Shown here in pieces: positions 59,265 to 64,000 of a DNA stretch of 64,000 bases. The position numbers and the translations under genes are program-made. Origin of the DNA: Amphiscolops sp. MND2022. Taxonomy: Eukaryota. The notes under the pieces were generated by a model. The model made no database searches. It saw only the letters and a program-made list of their open reading frames with translations, and was not told the DNA's origin. The stretch's first letter is position 1. Each line of letters begins with the position of its first letter. The stretch lies in the NCBI GenBank assembly GCA_964187785.1, contig OZ076409.1, positions 15,626,001 through 15,690,000 of the forward strand. The letters run 5' to 3'.

Positions 59265-59855
59265 GTTTTCGTTTAGCAAAATGAGCTCGACTATTACAAT
59301 GGCAACTTTTTTTCTCTTTTTTTTTCGTCAGACCACAGAATGTATGCGTAGTGGACACTTTTTACAGAACTACTAAAGTACTGGACCGGCAAGCGGAATC
59401 GCATCTAAGTTAGTGCAAACGGTTCCCCCTTTCGTGTACCCAATTTTTAGCGTGATACAAAACCGGACGGGACTACAGGGTCCCCCCTTTGAATTTTTTT
59501 TCGGCACGGTGCGACTTTTTTCGAAATTTATTTTGTCGCCAAAGGCCGCCCTTCAAGTTTTTTGATATTTTGCAGCAAACTGAAGTTTCAAAAAGCCCAA
59601 AGCGTCTCACCTTTCTAGTTTTTCGGCACTATGAGACTGTTTCAAAAATCTCATTTTTCGTTTTTTTTCGAAAATTTTTTCAAAAAATTCTTATATTTTT
59701 TTAATGTCTTCAAAAGGTCCCCCTCAACTTCTTTGATATTTTGCTACAAACTGGATTTGAAAAAGTCTAAAGGGTCCCCCCTTTTACAATTCAAAAAACT
59801 TTGCGCCTTTTGAGCCTTAGATATAGCGCCGACTTTAGACGTTCCTGTCTTGTTT
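59265..59855 (+). mobile_element. HINE-like Helentron repeat, same family
   Basis: Ends GAGCCTTAGATATAGCGCCGACTTTAGACGTTCCTGTCTTGTTT; left end degenerate. Confidence 0.6.
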
Positions 59856-62380
59856 AGAATTGTTGTTGTTGTAGAGTGGGAAAATTCATCCACACTCTTA
59901 ACTGTGAGGATTGTTTTGGACAAAAGTATAACGGTTAATTGTTCGAGAACGACGAAGAATTTACGGAAAGGTGAAAGACGAAAGTTTTCTGGAACTTTGT
60001 CCAGCTTAAAAAACTTCTCCGATCGAAATTGATCTAAAAAAAATGAGATGAGGATCAGCATAGTTACATGTATTAGCTTTGGCATGAGATTACAATTTCA
60101 TCACTTTTAGGGAATGATCTCTGCTTCAAAAAAACGCTTTGATGTTTGCCAAGATGTTCATCACTTATTTATCACAGTTCAAGATTTGTTGATGATTGCT
60201 AAACTAAGAGAAAAATAACATTCTTGATATATATTTTTTCTATGTATAAAGACTGTGAATGAATTTCTGCCAGTGAAGCTGGTTGATTATTGCTACAATT
60301 GCGGAAAAAGTGTCAAACTTTATGAGGGGAATCAGTGTATGTTCGATTTTCCCGACTGAATAGGGTGCGAATATTGAAACAATTTGAGGCACTCAAAACA
60401 CTGAATGCTTTGATATTGAAACCAATTACAATTAGAACTCATAGAGTATTGAAAGGCTCATTTTTACAAACACCTGTAAATTTCATAGAAGTTTGTACAA
60501 ATCAACTTGTGCTCTAATTGAGATTTCAAGAAACTTCTAGTTCTATGATGTCATCAAATCCGCTATAGTTTTTGAATATTTGAACTAAAATGTCTACTTC
60601 CTAAAATTTTTCTAACAAACTGCAGTGCGAAACATTTCTTCCACAATTGTACATCATAAAAGTAACAATTAGGTGGAGAAACTGTGATGAGTGGGGCGGC
60701 ACGGTCATATTGTCAGTTTAAAACAACAAACAGGCTCAGAAACTCAAAAGTTTTTTTCGGTAATTTTTCGGTTAACCGAATATTGAACACAGTGTCCGCT
60801 GTGATGTTTCTTGCTGCTTTTGTTCCGTTTCATCAATCAATCTTTTGATGCAAAACTGAGTTTCGCAATAGCATCAACCATCAGTCATTGTACAAAAAAC
60901 ATATCATCAAAACTGAAAGATTATGAGGCCATGTAGTTTAATCATTTTAAATGTTCTGGTTCAGCCATTAATGTTCCCGCACGTTTTATGATATTCAAAG
61001 CCTTTACTAATTCGTAAGACTAGCTAAAAAGTAGTTTTTTTCAAACTTAGGTTTTTTCAAGTATATAGTTCCGGAGTGCTGTACCCGCTAGCGTCGGCGG
61101 ACATCAAGTCCATTCATAACGAAAACACTCTTAAAAAATTCTATGAATTTTCTAGAAAATAGCAAAATAGCAATCGGAAGTACCTTTTTTTTTCAAATTT
61201 TTACGAAATTGTCTGAGGGTGACTTTCGATACGGCACTTTTCAGAATTTTTCAGAAAAGGGTCCCTCTCTTGGTTTTTCAGTACTGTGCGACATTTTGTC
61301 GGAAAAATCTCATTTCATGAAAAGGTTTTGATTTTGCTTTTTTATATAGAATAAAAGCAAAAAGCCCTTTTGAGCTCACAGGAACCCTGCTTTGGGTTTT
61401 TTGGGTGCTGTGAAACTGAGAATTTTCCAGAATAGAATCCTTGACGCTTTGAAGTATTCTTGCTCTTTTTGAGCGTTGAGGGTAACACCATCGTTAGCCG
61501 TTTTGGACATGTAATTGTTCTGATTCAATTTGAAAACAATATTTCGAACGAAGCACTTCTATTGGCCCAGGAGAGATTGTTTGATTACTTTACGTTTTAC
61601 CGTATTTTGCGAAACTTCTATAAAGATTATATCAAAACTGAACGCCGACTTTCAGATTTTGAATTTTCCGTGCACTCTTCTGTTTTATTTTTATCAAGCT
61701 GCCAGATCAAAGGTTCATGTTTTTTGACGGCCTGATTAAGCCGCAATATTTCGTTTTTCAGGGTTTTTCGAAGCATGAGCTCTTGCATTTTTTTTCAAAA
61801 AGCAACTTCTGTTGCTGCATGGACAGAAAACGTCACCTGCGTTACTTGGGAAGCAAAATTGGAACCAAAGGACTGAATCGGTACCAAAATGGAAACTATT
61901 TTTTAATTTCATACAAAGATGGATGCATCAATGTTATTTGGGTGGATGGATGCAACATTTGTGCATATACAAAAATTTAAAAAATCTGTTTAAATTATTA
62001 TTTAGCATGCAGGCCAGCAGCATGTGAATTTTGTTTAAAAAATGGGCCTTCGAATTAGGGCGACCGGCATTTTCGAAGTATAGTGACGGATTTCAATTAT
62101 GGTTTTGACGGCTGATTAGGTAGCCTAGTTTTAAACACTGCAAAATAAAATTTAGTAGGTTCGTTTTTGTCATCACCCAATGAAGTATTCGTGGCAAGTT
62201 GAGCTGTACTAATCCCCTCTATAACGTGATGAAATTTGGTTACAACATATGTCATTCAGTTTAACTTGGTTCAAAAAGTCAAAACTCGGTATAGTAAATA
62301 GTTTGTCAATGCGTAAAAATATAGGATTTGGGGAAAATTTGGATGTTATAAGATCCACGATCCGTGGAATTATTCGATTA

Positions 62381-62525
62381 CAGCCCCAATTGAAATGAAG
62401 ATTTTAATTGACAATTTTTTAAAGTGACCTCTTCAGATTTCTAAGTTTTGTAAAGCAGAATAAAAAAAAACGAGGATCCGATTTTAGAAAATTGACAATT
62501 AAAATCTTCATTTCAATTGGGGCTG
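62381..62525. mobile_element. small Tc1/mariner-type MITE, TA TSD
   Basis: TA-CAGCCCCAATTGAAATGAAGATTTTAATTG...CAATTAAAATCTTCATTTCAATTGGGGCTG-TA. Confidence 0.85.
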
Positions 62526-62865
62526 TAATTAAAACGTTTTAGACCTTTTCCCCCCAGATACACCTTGTTTCTTATTCCCCAATACGAAGTTGTTTCGACT
62601 CATCAGGATTTTTTGATAATTTTTTGACGAAAGAGCAAAAATTCCCCCAACAATCTTGGGAGAACAAACTTGAATTGTGTTTCACCGGTAGGACTGAAAA
62701 TATACCATTACTCAATAGGCGCCTTGATGAGATGATTTGAATGCAATTAACTTTTTGACTCAATTTTGGTGTCAAAATGAAATTTGTTCCTAAGATCTCA
62801 TTTTAATAATTAAATAATTGAACAATTCAAATGATATCTTTTGGTGAACGCTGTTATTCTAATCA

Positions 62866-62990
62866 ATACGACGAAATTTCTGACGACGAATTTTCTGACG
62901 ACGAAGTTTCTGGATTTGCTAATACGACGAAATTTCCTACGACGAAATTTCTGACGACGAAATTTCTGACGACGAAATTTCCGCCTCCCG
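62866..62990. repeat. 15-bp tandem array (GACGACGAAATTTCT)n, likely one arm of a foldback element
   Basis: About 7 units; a related inverted array lies at ~26920-27030. Confidence 0.75.
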
Positions 62991-63160
62991 TGAAATCACC
63001 TGGATGATCTTATCTGGAGGTACACCACGACCATAAGCATACTATTGTTTGTACCATGTTCATAGTAATTGTAGAATGACGTTGAAAGCCTCCTCCAATT
63101 TCGAGCATTATTTGTATCATAACAGGTTTCTGCATTTTTGATTTTTTGTTTCATTTTAAA

Positions 63161-63617
63161 CGTAAAGCGACAATCCCAAGAGGCGATTCGTCCCAAATTG
63201 CAAAAAGCGACAATTCACCCGAAGCGTCAATTCGTCCCATTATGAAAAAGCGGTAATTCGTCCCCAATTTAAGTGCCAAATAGTAATGAATCCGGAAATT
63301 TTACATTTAGTGGTAGAAACTAACCATTGACACCAATTGACAGGGTCGCATTTTGGCAAACTTGATATTCTTCATGCACATTCTTCAGTATTTCAAGATT
63401 AGTGCACTCCGTCATTTCTACTTTTGGAACTATTTGTTCTATCAGTTGAATTCAATCTTCAAAAAGTTGTTAATAAGTTGGGATCATATAAACATCAAAT
63501 AAACAATTTGGGACGTATTGTTGCCGTTTCAAAATGGGGCGAACTGCCGCTTGCGACAAATTGTCGCTTTTTGGAATTTAGGACGAATTGGCGTTTGGGA
63601 CGATTTGTCGCTCATCC
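63161..63617. mobile_element. Mutator/foldback-like MITE, 9-bp TSD CATTTTAAA
   Basis: GCGACAA/TTCGTCCCA units inverted at the ends; TSD 63152-63160 and 63618-63626. Confidence 0.7.
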
Positions 63618-64000
63618 CATTTTAAATGAGGTTGCCAAAATTAGATGAATTCTACGAATCTTGCCTTTTTACTCGAACTTTCATCTCGTATAGTTCTCTA
63701 GATGTGATTAACGTTTGTGTCCTTAAAATTAGTTTGCACATTCTGAATGGAAACGCGACTATTGATTTGGTTTTTCATTCCTGTCGAAATGGCAAAAAAA
63801 TCAACAAATACAAAACGGCTAGGTTCTGAAGAGAGCCAAAATCCTTCAAAGAGCTCTTCTTCTCAGCATGTTGTTTTCAACATTTTGATTTGGGTTACAA
63901 AGCAATATATGTGTCTTTAGGTACTATGCAACTTTTTATTGAACATTTCCTCAAAATGTTCAGAGCGCAAGCTTGGCGCTGACTTGTTGCCTTTCCCGAT

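Noticed and set aside
59744..64000. Short ORFs at the right end of the window
   Set aside because: No convincing protein motif or exon chain; mostly repeats and AT-rich sequence.

Overview
AT-rich, repeat-dense eukaryotic (metazoan-type, spliceosomal introns) DNA. Host genes: (1) the last 17 exons of an axonemal dynein heavy chain (DNAH14/DNAH6-like, + strand, 2270-26268), with one intron best explained as GC-AG; (2) a convergent 4-exon rhodopsin-family peptide-receptor-like GPCR (- strand, 35791-26717) whose second intron holds a complete but decayed Ty3/Gypsy LTR retrotransposon (29593-34490, 5-bp TSD AACTT). Mobile DNA: two hAT transposase derivatives, a decayed APE-RT LINE (~36110-40640), many MITEs/foldbacks with visible TSDs, and a Helentron-type (HINE-like) repeat family. 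The main feature is a full-length, decayed Polinton/Maverick (adintovirus-like endogenous virus), 44918-59042, with AGTAGT termini, ~700-bp TIRs and 6-bp TSD CAAATA. It encodes an adenain protease, penton, major capsid, rve integrase, protein-primed PolB, two packaging-type ATPases (one probably fused to a zinc-finger domain) and a hydrophobic-hairpin protein with a PSAP motif. Unexplained structure inside it: a tRNA-like Pol III unit (A box, B box, TTTT) in both TIRs, about 16 GCGAAGC mini-hairpin motifs in GC-rich islets (several inside coding regions), an AATCACTA array around a hairpin, and a 13-bp satellite of AATAAA signals. All calls come from manual reading and motif recall; no searches were run.
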